This document shows, piece by piece, positions 1 to 10,039 of a stretch of 64,000 nucleotides of DNA. A program made the translations under genes and the position numbers. Each line of letters starts with the position of its first letter. Within the stretch, counting starts at the first letter, position 1. Below the pieces are notes generated by a model that did no database searches, was not told the origin of the DNA, and saw nothing but the letters and a program-made list of their open reading frames with translations. This stretch comes from Rhizomicrobium sp. (lineage in GTDB: Bacteria > Pseudomonadota > Alphaproteobacteria > Micropepsales > Micropepsaceae). The stretch is taken from positions 55,828-119,827 of the forward strand of contig DATMNL010000003.1 in assembly GCA_035568995.1 (NCBI GenBank). The letters run 5' to 3'.

Positions 1-1
1 C

Positions 2-760
2 TGGGATTATGACTCCACCAGCCCGGTGATTTTCCTGGACGCCAAGGATGCCAGCGGCAAGATTGTTCCGGCAGCGGCCGAGGCCAACAAGGACGGCCTG
101 CTCTACATCGTCAACCGGCAGACCGGCGCGCTGATCCGCGCCTCGGACCCCTTTGTGCTGGAAAGCGCCAACAAATGGACGATACCAACCGCCGATCTGG
201 GCGAACCGCATTATCCCTCTGCCAGCGGCGGCACGAACTGGTCGCCGCCCGCCTATTCGCCGCTGACCCGCAAGGTCTATGTCATGGGCGCCAATGTGGC
301 CTGGCGGCTGGACGCCAAGCCGATCGATCCCGCCAATCCGCCGCCCGGGCAATGGATCGGCGGCGACATGCGCGTGATCCTGGATGGCAAGGCCAACAAC
401 ACCATCGAGCCGTCGGGCACGCTGTCTGCCATCGATGTCGATACCGGCAAGATCGGCTGGCAGTACAAGTCGGAGTATCCGATGATCGGCGGCGTTTTGG
501 CGACGGCCAGCAATCTGGTTTTCGCGGGTGAGATGGATGGCTATTTCGATGCCTTCAACGCCACCAGCGGCGCCAAACTGTGGCACTTCAATCTGGGTGC
601 AGGCGTGAACGCCTCACCCGTCACCTATCGCGTCAAGGGCGTGCAGTATGTCGCCGTGGCGGCGGGCGGCAATTCGGGCAACGGCAATTCCCGGTTGGCG
701 GCCATGCGCGGGCACAATTCGGCGGGCGATGTGGTCGCTATTTTCGCGGTGGGGAACTGA
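2..760 (+). CDS. PQQ-dependent dehydrogenase (alcohol/glucose type), C-terminal part; 5' truncated by window edge
   Basis: Frame is open from base 2 (WDYDSTSPVIFLD, the WDYD motif of PQQ dehydrogenases); also GGTNWSPPAYSP, beta-propeller W repeats and ASPVTYRVKGVQYVAV. Confidence 0.85.
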   Translation, partial: WDYDSTSPVIFLDAKDASGKIVPAAAEANKDGLLYIVNRQTGALIRASDPFVLESANKWTIPTADLGEPHYPSASGGTNWSPPAYSPLTRKVYVMGANVAWRLDAKPIDPANPPPGQWIGGDMRVILDGKANNTIEPSGTLSAIDVDTGKIGWQYKSEYPMIGGVLATASNLVFAGEMDGYFDAFNATSGAKLWHFNLGAGVNASPVTYRVKGVQYVAVAAGGNSGNGNSRLAAMRGHNSAGDVVAIFAVGN

Positions 761-881
761 ACGACTCCTCACCCTTCGACAGGCCCAGGGTGAGGATTCC
801 ATCTTGTAAGGGCCGTTTTAGGGGTTGTGAGATTGGTCCGGACCCAATCATAATCGCCGCAACAAAAGATAATCCGGGGGG

Positions 882-2111
882 ATGGCCATGGCGTTCGCGG
901 CATTGAAGGGATGGACGCCCGTGGCCAAGCACACGGTGGCGGCGAGTTATCTCGCCTGGACCCTGGACGCCTATGATTTCTTTCTGCTGGTCTTTGTCTT
1001 CAAGGACATCGCCGCCCAGTTTGGCACTTCGATCACCCAGGTTGCCTTCGCGGTCACGCTGACCCTGGCGTGCCGGCCCATCGGCGCCTTTCTGTTTGGC
1101 CGGCTGGCGGACAATTTCGGCCGCCGCCCGGTCTTGATGCTGGATATCGCCTGTTATTCGATCCTGAGTTTCGCCATCGCTTTCACGCCCAACATCTACG
1201 CCTTCTATATCGCCTGCGGCTGTTTCGGCGTGGCGATGGGCGGGGTGTGGGGCATCGCCGCCTCGCTTTCCATGGAGGCCAGCAAGCCGCAATCGCGAGG
1301 ACTGGTTTCGGGCCTGCTGCAGTCGGGCTATTATTCCGGCTATCTGGTGGCGGCCCTGGTCTATGGCTTTGCCTATGCCAGCATCGGCTGGCGCGGCATG
1401 TTCATGGTGGGCGTGGTGCCGGCCCTGCTGCTGATCGTCTACATCTATTCCAGCGTGCCGGAGTCGCAGCATTTCAACCGCGAACAGGCCCGCGCCAATC
1501 CGACTTTCAGCGTATTGGCCAAACACTGGAAGATCGCGATCTACGCGATTTTGCTGATGACCGCCTACACCTTTTTCAGCCATGGCACACAGGACCTCTA
1601 TCCCACTTTCCTGCAGGTGCAACACCATTATGGACCGGCGACGGTGAAGAATATCGCGGTGATCTATAACATCGGCGCGATTATCGGCTCGCTGACTTTC
1701 GGTACGATCAGCCAGTCGCTGGGCCGGCGAAGAACCGCGATCACCATCGCGCTTCTGTCGCTACCGGTGGTTTATCTCTGGGCCTATTCGACCACACCGG
1801 TGATGCTGGCGCTGGGGGCGTTCCTGATCCAGGTCTGTGTGGGCGGCGCCTGGGGCGTGGTGCCGGCGCATCTGAACGAATTGTCGCCGGCTTCGGCACG
1901 CGGCACCTTTCCCGGCACGGTCTATCAGTTGGGCAATCTGATCGCTTCGGTTAACGCCGTACTGCAGGCAGGTATCGCCGAACGCATGGGCGGCAACTAT
2001 TCCATCGCGCTTGCCAGTGTCGCGGTTTGCGCCGCGCTGGCGATCGTCACGCTGCTGAAATTCGGGCCCGAGGCCCATGGCGTCGAGATGGGACACGCCA
2101 CAACGCATTAG
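882..2111 (+). CDS. MFS transporter, sialate/carboxylate:H+ symporter (SHS, Jen1/NanT-like) family
   Basis: WTLDAYDFF start, GRLADNFGRRP loop motif, about 12 hydrophobic segments, ELSPASARGTFPG. Confidence 0.85.
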   Translation: MAMAFAALKGWTPVAKHTVAASYLAWTLDAYDFFLLVFVFKDIAAQFGTSITQVAFAVTLTLACRPIGAFLFGRLADNFGRRPVLMLDIACYSILSFAIAFTPNIYAFYIACGCFGVAMGGVWGIAASLSMEASKPQSRGLVSGLLQSGYYSGYLVAALVYGFAYASIGWRGMFMVGVVPALLLIVYIYSSVPESQHFNREQARANPTFSVLAKHWKIAIYAILLMTAYTFFSHGTQDLYPTFLQVQHHYGPATVKNIAVIYNIGAIIGSLTFGTISQSLGRRRTAITIALLSLPVVYLWAYSTTPVMLALGAFLIQVCVGGAWGVVPAHLNELSPASARGTFPGTVYQLGNLIASVNAVLQAGIAERMGGNYSIALASVAVCAALAIVTLLKFGPEAHGVEMGHATTH

Positions 2112-2114
2112 GAG

Positions 2115-3515
2115 ATGGCCATGCGCCTGCGTGTTTTCGTTCTGACGGCGATGCTGACATTGGGATGCGGGCTCGGCAGCAGCGCGCAGACTGGCGGGCA
2201 GCGTTGGGTTGCGAGCTGGGCGACGTCGCCGGCGGCCTATTTCGTTTATGTTCCGCCGGTGGCGCCGGTTAATCCGCCGGGATATCCCGCCGCCTATGCC
2301 CCGGCTGTGATTCAGCCCGACCTTGGCTTTCCTTTTCCCGAGGCCAACAAGAACCAGGCGAATGGGCAGACCTTCCGCTCCATCGTCAAGCCCGACCTGT
2401 GGGGCAACAGGATGCGGTTTCGCTTTTCCAACGCCTTCGGCACCCAGCCGGTGACGTTCGATGCCGTCACGGTGGGCCTGCAGGAATATTCCGGCAATGT
2501 GGTGAAGGGCACCCTGACGCCGGTGATGTTCGGCGGCAAAAAAGCGGTGACCATCCCGGCCGGCCAGGAAGCCTGGAGCGATGGCACCAGCCTGTCATGG
2601 GTCAGGAACGCCGACGACGCGGGAGTGCAAGGACGCAATCTGGCCGTCAGCTATTCGGTGGCGGGCAGCAGCGGGCCGATGACTTATCACGCCGCGTCGA
2701 ACGAGACGTCTTACATCACTGCGCCGGGCAGTGGCGATCACACCGGCGATGCAGACGTGTTTGCCTACAAATTCACCACCACCTCATGGTTCTTCCTGGA
2801 CGCGGTGGATGCGATGGCCGGGGCGGACACAGTGGTGATATGCGCCTTCGGCGATTCGATCACGGACGGCACCCACACCACCCTGAACGACAATGACCGC
2901 TGGGCGAATGCGCTGTCGCGCCGGTTACACAATGCCTATGGCAACAAGGTCAGCATCGTCAACGAGGCCATCGGCGGCAACCGGGTGGTGAACCCGGCGG
3001 TCGTCAATGCCACCTCCGGCCCGGCCGCGACCGACCGGCTGGACCGGGATGTGCTGGGGCTGTCAGGGCTGACCCATGTGATCTGGCTGGAGGGCATCAA
3101 CGATCTTGGCGCCAGCCATCCGACCGACGCGGTGATTGCCGGATACAAGGATGTGGTGGGCCGGCTGCATGCCAAGGGCATCAAGGTCTATGGCGCCACG
3201 CTCACCTCGGCACGCGGCATGGAAAATCCGGCGGCGGGATGGAATCCCGGCGTAACCAGCGTGACGGGGGACAATGGCCCCATGGTGGACGCCAATCGCA
3301 TGATCCTGAATAATTTCATTCGCACCTCCGGGCTGTTTGACGGGGTGGAAGATTTCGACGCGGCCACGCTGGACACCGCTACGGGCAACATGAAGGCGGA
3401 GTATGTGCCCAATAGCCAGATGACGCAGCTGCCCTGGGACTATCTGCATCCCAACCATGCCGGTTATCTGGCGATGGCCGGGGCGGTGGACATAGCGCCG
3501 TTCAAACCGCATTGA
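2115..3515 (+). CDS. Secreted SGNH/GDSL hydrolase
   Basis: Signal peptide; blocks FGDSITDG, GGNR, EGIND and DYLHPN. Confidence 0.85.
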   Translation: MAMRLRVFVLTAMLTLGCGLGSSAQTGGQRWVASWATSPAAYFVYVPPVAPVNPPGYPAAYAPAVIQPDLGFPFPEANKNQANGQTFRSIVKPDLWGNRMRFRFSNAFGTQPVTFDAVTVGLQEYSGNVVKGTLTPVMFGGKKAVTIPAGQEAWSDGTSLSWVRNADDAGVQGRNLAVSYSVAGSSGPMTYHAASNETSYITAPGSGDHTGDADVFAYKFTTTSWFFLDAVDAMAGADTVVICAFGDSITDGTHTTLNDNDRWANALSRRLHNAYGNKVSIVNEAIGGNRVVNPAVVNATSGPAATDRLDRDVLGLSGLTHVIWLEGINDLGASHPTDAVIAGYKDVVGRLHAKGIKVYGATLTSARGMENPAAGWNPGVTSVTGDNGPMVDANRMILNNFIRTSGLFDGVEDFDAATLDTATGNMKAEYVPNSQMTQLPWDYLHPNHAGYLAMAGAVDIAPFKPH

Positions 3516-3521
3516 AACGGT

Positions 3522-4733
3522 CTAAGCCGATTTGAAGATTCCCTTGGGGATCATGGCGTGGATGCCTTTGACGCCATCCACATTCTGGGTGACCTCGAAA
3601 TCAATCGCCACCGACGCCAGGGCATAAGCGTCCGCCGCCGCTAGGCCATGACGCTCGCCCAGGAATTTGATGGTCTCGCGCACGCAGATTCGCATCGCTT
3701 CGTCGAGATTTTCATGCAGACCCATGGTGATCCAGTGGGTCCGGGTTTCGGCGCGCGGCAAAGTGAGGAATTTCTGTTTTATCAGATCAAAGCGAAACGT
3801 GCCGGTGAGCGAGGTTTCGATGGCGGTGAGGTTGACTTCACCGTCGCCCTGGCAGGCATGGCCGTCGCCGGTCATGAAAAGAGCACCGGGGACATGCACC
3901 GGCAGATAGAGCACCGAGCCTTCGGTCAGCTCGTTGAGGTCGATGTTGCCGCCATAGGCGCCGGGCGGCGCGGAATTGATCTTGCCCAGACTGAGCGCCG
4001 GCCCCGTGGCCATCAGGCCGAAAAAAGGCCGCAAGGGAATTTCGATGCCCGGGGCGAAATGCACGATGTTTTTCTTGAGGTCGAAGGGCGTGACGATGCT
4101 GCGGTTCAAGGGGAAGTCATGGGGCAGGGTGCCCTTGCCCATGCGGGAGGTGTTGACGCCATAAGGCACCCGCGGCGTAGCCTTGAGGATTGAGACCGCC
4201 AGAACATCGCCGGGCTCGGCGCCCTCGATATAGATCGGCGCGGACACCACATGCGGGCCGGTGCCGGAATGCTGCACCTTGGCGTAGATCGCCGCCGCGT
4301 CGGCCAGCACCTCGGGTTTGGGAATGCCGAAGCGCTTGAAGAAGGCTACCGGATCGCCCTGGTCTTCCATCAACCCTTCATGCGAGACGGTATCTATGGT
4401 GACGGTGGCCCCCGGTTGCACGCGCAGCACCGGCTCCGCCGCGCTCCACAGATAGCCCCAATGCACGGTTTCGGGACCGGATTTGACATGGAAGCGGTTC
4501 GCGCCTGTTTCGCGCACCAGCCCGGTCTTGCGGGCGCGGTTTTCCAAGGCCTCGGAGCGGTTGCCCGGCTGGGACGCCGGCCTTGTGTGGGTGGGCGAGC
4601 CGGAATTGGCGGCGAAGAATTCGCGCACCGCGCGCGACTTGAGGCCCCGGCGCAGGAACTGTTTTTCCTCAGGACTCAGCGCCCCCTTTGCGACAAAGGC
4701 GTCGAACGGCTCCCGCCCGCTTTTTTTGGCCAC
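3522..4733 (-). CDS. Acetamidase/formamidase family protein
   Basis: TVHWGY, TIDTVSHEG, GPHVVSAPIYIEGAEPGDVL, GGNIDLNEL, GDGHACQGDGEV...AIE. Confidence 0.85.
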   Translation of the reverse strand: MAKKSGREPFDAFVAKGALSPEEKQFLRRGLKSRAVREFFAANSGSPTHTRPASQPGNRSEALENRARKTGLVRETGANRFHVKSGPETVHWGYLWSAAEPVLRVQPGATVTIDTVSHEGLMEDQGDPVAFFKRFGIPKPEVLADAAAIYAKVQHSGTGPHVVSAPIYIEGAEPGDVLAVSILKATPRVPYGVNTSRMGKGTLPHDFPLNRSIVTPFDLKKNIVHFAPGIEIPLRPFFGLMATGPALSLGKINSAPPGAYGGNIDLNELTEGSVLYLPVHVPGALFMTGDGHACQGDGEVNLTAIETSLTGTFRFDLIKQKFLTLPRAETRTHWITMGLHENLDEAMRICVRETIKFLGERHGLAAADAYALASVAIDFEVTQNVDGVKGIHAMIPKGIFKSA

Positions 4734-4885
4734 CGTTTCCCCCTTGTTCGCTTGCCCTGAGCATAGCCGGGAGCCTTACGAACCGGCAACAGATTCGGCA
4801 CCCTGCCCAATTTTTCAGCGCCGGATTTGCGGTGGTTGCCGCCGCATGCGCGTGCTAGCCTGAAAATTCCAGGGGAGATTTCGCG

Positions 4886-5788
4886 ATGCTGTCAAAGCGG
4901 AAATTGGTCATGGCTCTGGCTGTGCTGGCCGCGCCGGCATGGGCGCAAGGCGGCGGTCCGCCGAACCATCCGACAGTCTCGGTCGAGGGGCAAAGCTATA
5001 CGCCGCTTTCCATTCTGACCCGCAACATGGGCACGGCGGCGGACCAGGCCGAACAATTCCCGCCGCACCACATCATCGGCAATATCTATTATGTGGGCAT
5101 GAAGACACTGGCGTCCTATCTGATCGTGACGCCGCAAGGAAATATCCTGATCGACACCACCTATGAACGCAATGTGCCCACCATCGCCAAATCGGTGGCG
5201 CAGCTGGGTTTCAAATTTTCCGACATTAAGATCATCCTGGGCAATCATGCCCATGGCGACCATATGGAAGGCGATGCCCTGGCCAAGCAGATGACGGGCG
5301 CCCAGGTGATGGCGATGGCCGAGGATGTGCCGGCCCTGGCGCATATCAAACCGGGCGGCAAGGTCCATCCGATCGACCGCGTGATCACCGATGGCGAGAC
5401 TGTGGCGCTGGGCGGCACCACACTGACCGCGCATCTGGTGGCCGGACATACCCATGGTTGCACCGCCTGGACCATGAGTGCGATGGAGAATGGCCAGAGC
5501 TATAATGTCGTATTCGGTTGCAGCCTGCGGGCGGGTAATGTGATCACACCGGACATTGAGGCGGAGTTCAACCGCTCCTTCAAGGTGGTGCGCACGCTAC
5601 CCTGCGATGTGCAGCTGGGCGATCACCCGTCCGAGTACGGCATGATCGAGAAATACGCCAAGCTGAAACCGGGCGCGCCCAACCCCTTTATCGACAAACC
5701 AAGCTGCAGCCGCGAAACCGACATAGAGGAGGCGATGTTCCACGCCATCCTGGCGGAGCAGGCGGCCGCCAAAGGGGCGACGAACTAG
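4886..5788 (+). CDS. Subclass B3 metallo-beta-lactamase-like protein, secreted
   Basis: Signal peptide; GNIYYVG...LASYLIVTPQGNILID; HAHGDH, GHTHG and GDH Zn ligands; LPCD...NPFID..SC pattern of B3 enzymes. Confidence 0.8.
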   Translation: MLSKRKLVMALAVLAAPAWAQGGGPPNHPTVSVEGQSYTPLSILTRNMGTAADQAEQFPPHHIIGNIYYVGMKTLASYLIVTPQGNILIDTTYERNVPTIAKSVAQLGFKFSDIKIILGNHAHGDHMEGDALAKQMTGAQVMAMAEDVPALAHIKPGGKVHPIDRVITDGETVALGGTTLTAHLVAGHTHGCTAWTMSAMENGQSYNVVFGCSLRAGNVITPDIEAEFNRSFKVVRTLPCDVQLGDHPSEYGMIEKYAKLKPGAPNPFIDKPSCSRETDIEEAMFHAILAEQAAAKGATN

Positions 5789-5797
5789 GCATTCCTG

Positions 5798-6454
5798 ATG
5801 GAATTCGCATTTCTCGCATCCGTCCAGACCGGGCGCGTGGCGCCATTGGGGCCGGAGCATGTGCCCAGCGGCATTGTTAAAAATCCCCGGACGGATGAAG
5901 TGCGTGCCCGCCGGTTGGGGCTTGAGGGTGACGAGCAGGCTGATCTGATTGCCCATGGCGGACCTGAGAAAGCGGTTTATGGCTACGCGGCGTCGCATTA
6001 CCCGGACTGGGCGGCGAAGTTTCCCAAACTGGCGCCGGCCTTTCAGGGCGGGGCTATGGGTGAAAATCTCACAGTCGCCGGGATGAACGAAACGGATATC
6101 TGCGTCGGCGATATTCACGCGGTTGGTTCGGCGTTGCTCCAGGTCTGCCAGCCGCGCCAGCCCTGTTTCAAATTCGCCCTGCTGCACGACAACAAGCTGA
6201 TGCCCAAAGCCATGGTGAAAAGTGGACATTCCGGCTGGTACTATCGCGTGGTGCAAGAGGGCATCCTGCGCCGCGGCGATGCCATCGCGCTGCACGACCG
6301 GCCCAATCCCGATTTTCCCTTCGCGCGGCTGGTTGCCATCGTTTATCACGGCAAACCGTCACAGACCGAACTGACCCGGATGTCTGAGATGCCGGGCCTG
6401 GCCAGCCAATGGCGGGAGAGAGCGCGGGAACTTCTCGGCCAGCGGATTAAATGA
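5798..6454 (+). CDS. MOSC domain protein (YiiM-like) with C-terminal 3-alpha domain
   Basis: HGGPEKAVY, GENLTVAG, LQVCQPRQPCFK, SGWYYRVVQEG. Confidence 0.9.
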   Translation: MEFAFLASVQTGRVAPLGPEHVPSGIVKNPRTDEVRARRLGLEGDEQADLIAHGGPEKAVYGYAASHYPDWAAKFPKLAPAFQGGAMGENLTVAGMNETDICVGDIHAVGSALLQVCQPRQPCFKFALLHDNKLMPKAMVKSGHSGWYYRVVQEGILRRGDAIALHDRPNPDFPFARLVAIVYHGKPSQTELTRMSEMPGLASQWRERARELLGQRIK

Positions 6455-6959
6455 TGCGGCTGATATAGGGCTGGGCGCGATGCTTGCCCGCATCGTCCAT
6501 GCCATAGCCGATGACAAAATCATTGCCCGCTTCGAAGGCGACATAGTCGGCCTTGGCCACGGCGTCGGGGCGCTTCTTGTCCAGCGCCACCGCGACCTGG
6601 ACAGAGGCCGCGCCCGCCGCCTGGATCAACGACACCGCCTTCTTGATGGTGCGGCCGAAATCCAGCACCCCGTCCATCACCAGGACATGGCGGCCCGCGA
6701 TCTGTTCGGAAGGGCCGGCAATCATCGAAATGGCGCTGGCCACCCGCTTGTCGCCATAGGAGCGCAGCCAGAGCATTTCAATCTCAAGCTCGACGCCCTC
6801 GCGCGCCAAGGCCCGCACCAGATCGGCGGCGAAGATGAAGCCGCCCACCAGGATGGGCATGGCGACATTGGGCAAGAGGGGGCTGCGGGCAATTTTCCTG
6901 GCCAGCGCGTTCACCTGAACCGCGATAGCTTCCTCGCTGTAAAGAATCTGGCCTGTCAT
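6447..6959 (-). CDS. hpt: Hypoxanthine phosphoribosyltransferase
   Basis: ILVGGFIFAADL, LRSYG, VLVMDGVLDFGRT PRPP-binding loop, FVIGYGMD; start moved to ATG 6959. Confidence 0.85.
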   Translation of the reverse strand: MTGQILYSEEAIAVQVNALARKIARSPLLPNVAMPILVGGFIFAADLVRALAREGVELEIEMLWLRSYGDKRVASAISMIAGPSEQIAGRHVLVMDGVLDFGRTIKKAVSLIQAAGAASVQVAVALDKKRPDAVAKADYVAFEAGNDFVIGYGMDDAGKHRAQPYISRII

Positions 6960-6972
6960 TTGCCCCCACTTT

Positions 6973-7695
6973 TCATTTTCCAGGCGGAGCGAAGCGCATT
7001 TCGAGATGGCGCGCGCCGGGAGGGGGGCTGGAAAGCCGCGTGGTGAAGGCAATGGACTGGCCGGGTTTCAGGCTTTGCGCGCCCGGCGTGAAATTCCAGT
7101 GAAACAGCTCATGCTTGTTGACGTCGCTGAGACCGATGCGCACGCTTTGCGGCACCGGCAATTCGCGCGCGCCATTGTTGACGATCTGGCCGGTGACGGC
7201 GAGCACCACCTGTCCGTCCTCGCTTTCGCGGTGATAATCGACATGGATGAAATCAATGCCGTGGGTATTCACCTCGATGCCCAGCCTGGAATAGACGCTG
7301 GCCGATTGCGGCCAGATCATCGTGATCTCCTGGCGGTAGCGCACGGCGGAAAGACCGATCAGCAGCACCACCGCGATCAATCCCGCCCAGCCCGCCACCA
7401 CGGCCAAGAGCGACAACAGGGGCCGGCGCGGTTTGGCCGGCGTGGGGGTGGCGTTCGTGGCGCCGGCCAGCTGGGCCCGCGCGCGCGCGATAAGATCGGG
7501 GGCCGCGGGATCGGCTTCGTCGGGCGCGGGCGCAGCAATGGCCGGGGCCGGTTCAGCCGCCGGCTGCGCCGGAGCCAGACCGGCTTGATGCCAGACATGA
7601 CCGCATTTGGCGCAGCGAACCTGCCGCCCGTCGGGCGGAAATTTCGCCTCATCGGCCTGGTAGCGGGTGGAGCAGGCGGGACAGGTGAGAATCAT
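6973..7695 (-). CDS. Zinc-ribbon (MJ0042-type) / DUF3426 membrane protein
   Basis: MILTCPACSTRY...VRCAKCGHVW finger, Pro/Ala linker, one TM helix, C-terminal beta domain; usual neighbour of ftsE. Confidence 0.8.
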   Translation of the reverse strand: MILTCPACSTRYQADEAKFPPDGRQVRCAKCGHVWHQAGLAPAQPAAEPAPAIAAPAPDEADPAAPDLIARARAQLAGATNATPTPAKPRRPLLSLLAVVAGWAGLIAVVLLIGLSAVRYRQEITMIWPQSASVYSRLGIEVNTHGIDFIHVDYHRESEDGQVVLAVTGQIVNNGARELPVPQSVRIGLSDVNKHELFHWNFTPGAQSLKPGQSIAFTTRLSSPPPGARHLEMRFAPPGK

Positions 7696-7859
7696 ACGGG
7701 GATATCAGCCCTTTGCGCCGAAAATAGGGGCCAATAACGATGACCGCAAGGAGGCTGGCGGGTGCGCGGTCCGCAAGGATGCCGATCGCGCTCTTTCGAT
7801 GCCGCATTTTCGACGGGAAACCGGTGCCCACTTTCCCTGAAAATGCTTATGGTCAGCCC

Positions 7860-8546
7860 ATGGTTCGCTTTGAAAATGTCGGCATGCGCTATGGCGCCGG
7901 GCCTGAGGTGCTGCGCGACGTCACCTTTGTGCTGGAAGGCGGTTCCTTCACCTTCCTCACCGGGCTGTCGGGGGCGGGCAAGACCACGCTTCTGAAGCTG
8001 ATCTATCTGGCCGAACCGCCATCGCGCGGCCTGATCACCCTGTTCAGCCGCGACCTGGCCACCACCAAGCGCAACGCCCTGCCCGCCCTGCGCCGCCGGA
8101 TCGGCGTGGTGTTCCAGGATTTCCGGCTGCTCGACCATCTTTCGGCCTTCGACAATGTGGCGTTGCCGCTCAGCCTGGCAGGCAAGCGCGTATCCGACTA
8201 TGCCCGCGATGTGGAGGAACTTTTGTCCTGGGTGGGCCTGGGCGACCGCATGAACTCGGCCCCTCCAACCCTTTCGGGCGGCGAGAAACAACGCGTCGCC
8301 ATCGCCCGCGCCGTGGTGGGGCGGCCCGACCTTTTGATCGCCGATGAGCCGACCGGCAATGTCGACCCGGAGATGGGCGCGCGCCTGATCCGGCTGTTCA
8401 GCGAGCTCAACCGGCTGGGCACCACCGTCCTGATCGCCACCCATGACCGGGCGCTGATCGAAACCACCCGCGCGCGCGAAATGCGGCTGGTGGACGGGCG
8501 GCTGGTGGAACTGAGGGCGGGCGCGGTCCAGGGCGTGGCATCATGA
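7860..8546 (+). CDS. ftsE: Cell division ATP-binding protein FtsE
   Basis: Walker A GLSGAGKTT, IGVVFQDFRLL, LSGGEKQRVAIARA, ADEPTGNVD; followed by ftsX. Confidence 0.93.
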   Translation: MVRFENVGMRYGAGPEVLRDVTFVLEGGSFTFLTGLSGAGKTTLLKLIYLAEPPSRGLITLFSRDLATTKRNALPALRRRIGVVFQDFRLLDHLSAFDNVALPLSLAGKRVSDYARDVEELLSWVGLGDRMNSAPPTLSGGEKQRVAIARAVVGRPDLLIADEPTGNVDPEMGARLIRLFSELNRLGTTVLIATHDRALIETTRAREMRLVDGRLVELRAGAVQGVAS

Positions 8547-9430
8547 ACGGGAACCATGTCCTGCCCCGCGACAAGGGCGCCGCCCCGCTGGATTTCGTGA
8601 TCGCGGTGATGGCGTTCCTGGCGGCGCTTGCCCTGGGCGCATCGCTGATCGCCGACCGCGCCGCGCAAGGCTGGCAGGCGGGGCTGGCCGCCAAGCTGAC
8701 GGTGCAGGTTCTGCCGCCCGAAAAAGGCGATCCGCGCGCCGGACTGGAGGCGGAGATCCAAGCGGCGCTGGATCTGCTGAATGCCACGCCCGGCATAGCC
8801 CATGCCGCGCTGATCTCGGACACCGAAACCCAGGCGCTTGTCGAGCCCTGGATCGGCAAGAACAATCTGGTCGCCGAAATTCCCCTGCCGCGCCTGATTG
8901 ACGCCACCATCACACCCGGCGAAGTGGTGGATATTCCGGCGCTGCGGCAGAAGTTGAAACAGGCAGCGCCCGAGGCGCTGCTGGACGATCACCACAGCTG
9001 GATCGCGCGGCTCGGCGCCCTGGCTGACACGGTGCGTTATTCGGCCTATGGCATTCTGCTCTTGATCGCGGGCGCCACCGCCGCCGCGGTATCCTTCGCG
9101 ACGCGCGCGGGCCTTTCCGCCCATCATGAGATGGTGGAATTGCTGCACCAGATGGGCGCGCTGCCCAGCTTCATCGCCCGCACGGTGGAATGGCATTATT
9201 TCATCTCGGCGCTGATGGCGGCCCTGACCGGCACGCTGTTTGCCGTTGTGCTGTTTCTGGGGGCGGGTGGCCTGCAGAGTTTTGGCGTGGAGGCGGTACC
9301 TTTCCTGCCGCCCCTGTCGCTCAAATGGACCGAAATCCCCTGGCTTGCCGCAGTGCCAGTGGCCACCTCGGTGATCGCCTGGGCGACGGCGCGCATATCG
9401 GTGCTTTCGGTGGTCCGGGCCATCTATTAG
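8543..9430 (+). CDS. ftsX: Cell division permease FtsX
   Basis: ATGA overlap with ftsE; N-terminal TM, periplasmic LPRLID, DDH..W, three C-terminal TMs. Confidence 0.88.
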   Translation: MNGNHVLPRDKGAAPLDFVIAVMAFLAALALGASLIADRAAQGWQAGLAAKLTVQVLPPEKGDPRAGLEAEIQAALDLLNATPGIAHAALISDTETQALVEPWIGKNNLVAEIPLPRLIDATITPGEVVDIPALRQKLKQAAPEALLDDHHSWIARLGALADTVRYSAYGILLLIAGATAAAVSFATRAGLSAHHEMVELLHQMGALPSFIARTVEWHYFISALMAALTGTLFAVVLFLGAGGLQSFGVEAVPFLPPLSLKWTEIPWLAAVPVATSVIAWATARISVLSVVRAIY

Positions 9431-9466
9431 ACTCCGCGAGCCTCATAGTGCGAAGCGATTGGCCAA

Positions 9467-10039
9467 TTGATGATCCGCGGATTTCTCACGGCGATGCTTC
9501 TGGTGGCGCTGGGGTATGGCCTGGCGTTTGTGCTGTTTGTGTCGACGCTGCCGGCCCCGCCCGAGACCGCGCCCGAGGCGGACGGCATTGTCGCCTTGAC
9601 CGGCGGCGGCCCGCGCCTGGCCGTGGCGGTGGATTTGTTCGAGAAAGGCGTGGGCAAGCGGCTTTTGATCAGCGGCGTCGCCCAGGCGACCAGCCGCCAG
9701 ACGCTGAAAGAGGTGGCGCATGGAGGACCGCGCTTCGATTGCTGCACCGATATCGGTTATGCCGCGGAAGACACGCGCGGCAATGCGGCGGAAGCGGCAG
9801 CCTGGGCGCACGGCCATCGGTTCCAGAGCATCGTGGTGGTCACCGCGCGCTATCACATGCCGCGCGCCATCCGCGAATTCAAGAATGTGATGCCGGATGT
9901 GACGCTACTGCCCTATGCGGTAGACCAGGACAGCGTCGATCTTTCCAGATGGTGGCTGCATTCCAACACCGTGCTTCTGCTGCATAGGGAATTTGTCAAA
10001 TATCTGGCGAGCCTGGTGACCGCGCTGGCGATACGATGA
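9467..10039 (+). CDS. YdcF/DUF218 family protein
   Basis: GIVALTGG, LLISGV, DTRGNA, VVTARYHMPRA. Confidence 0.88.
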   Translation: MMIRGFLTAMLLVALGYGLAFVLFVSTLPAPPETAPEADGIVALTGGGPRLAVAVDLFEKGVGKRLLISGVAQATSRQTLKEVAHGGPRFDCCTDIGYAAEDTRGNAAEAAAWAHGHRFQSIVVVTARYHMPRAIREFKNVMPDVTLLPYAVDQDSVDLSRWWLHSNTVLLLHREFVKYLASLVTALAIR

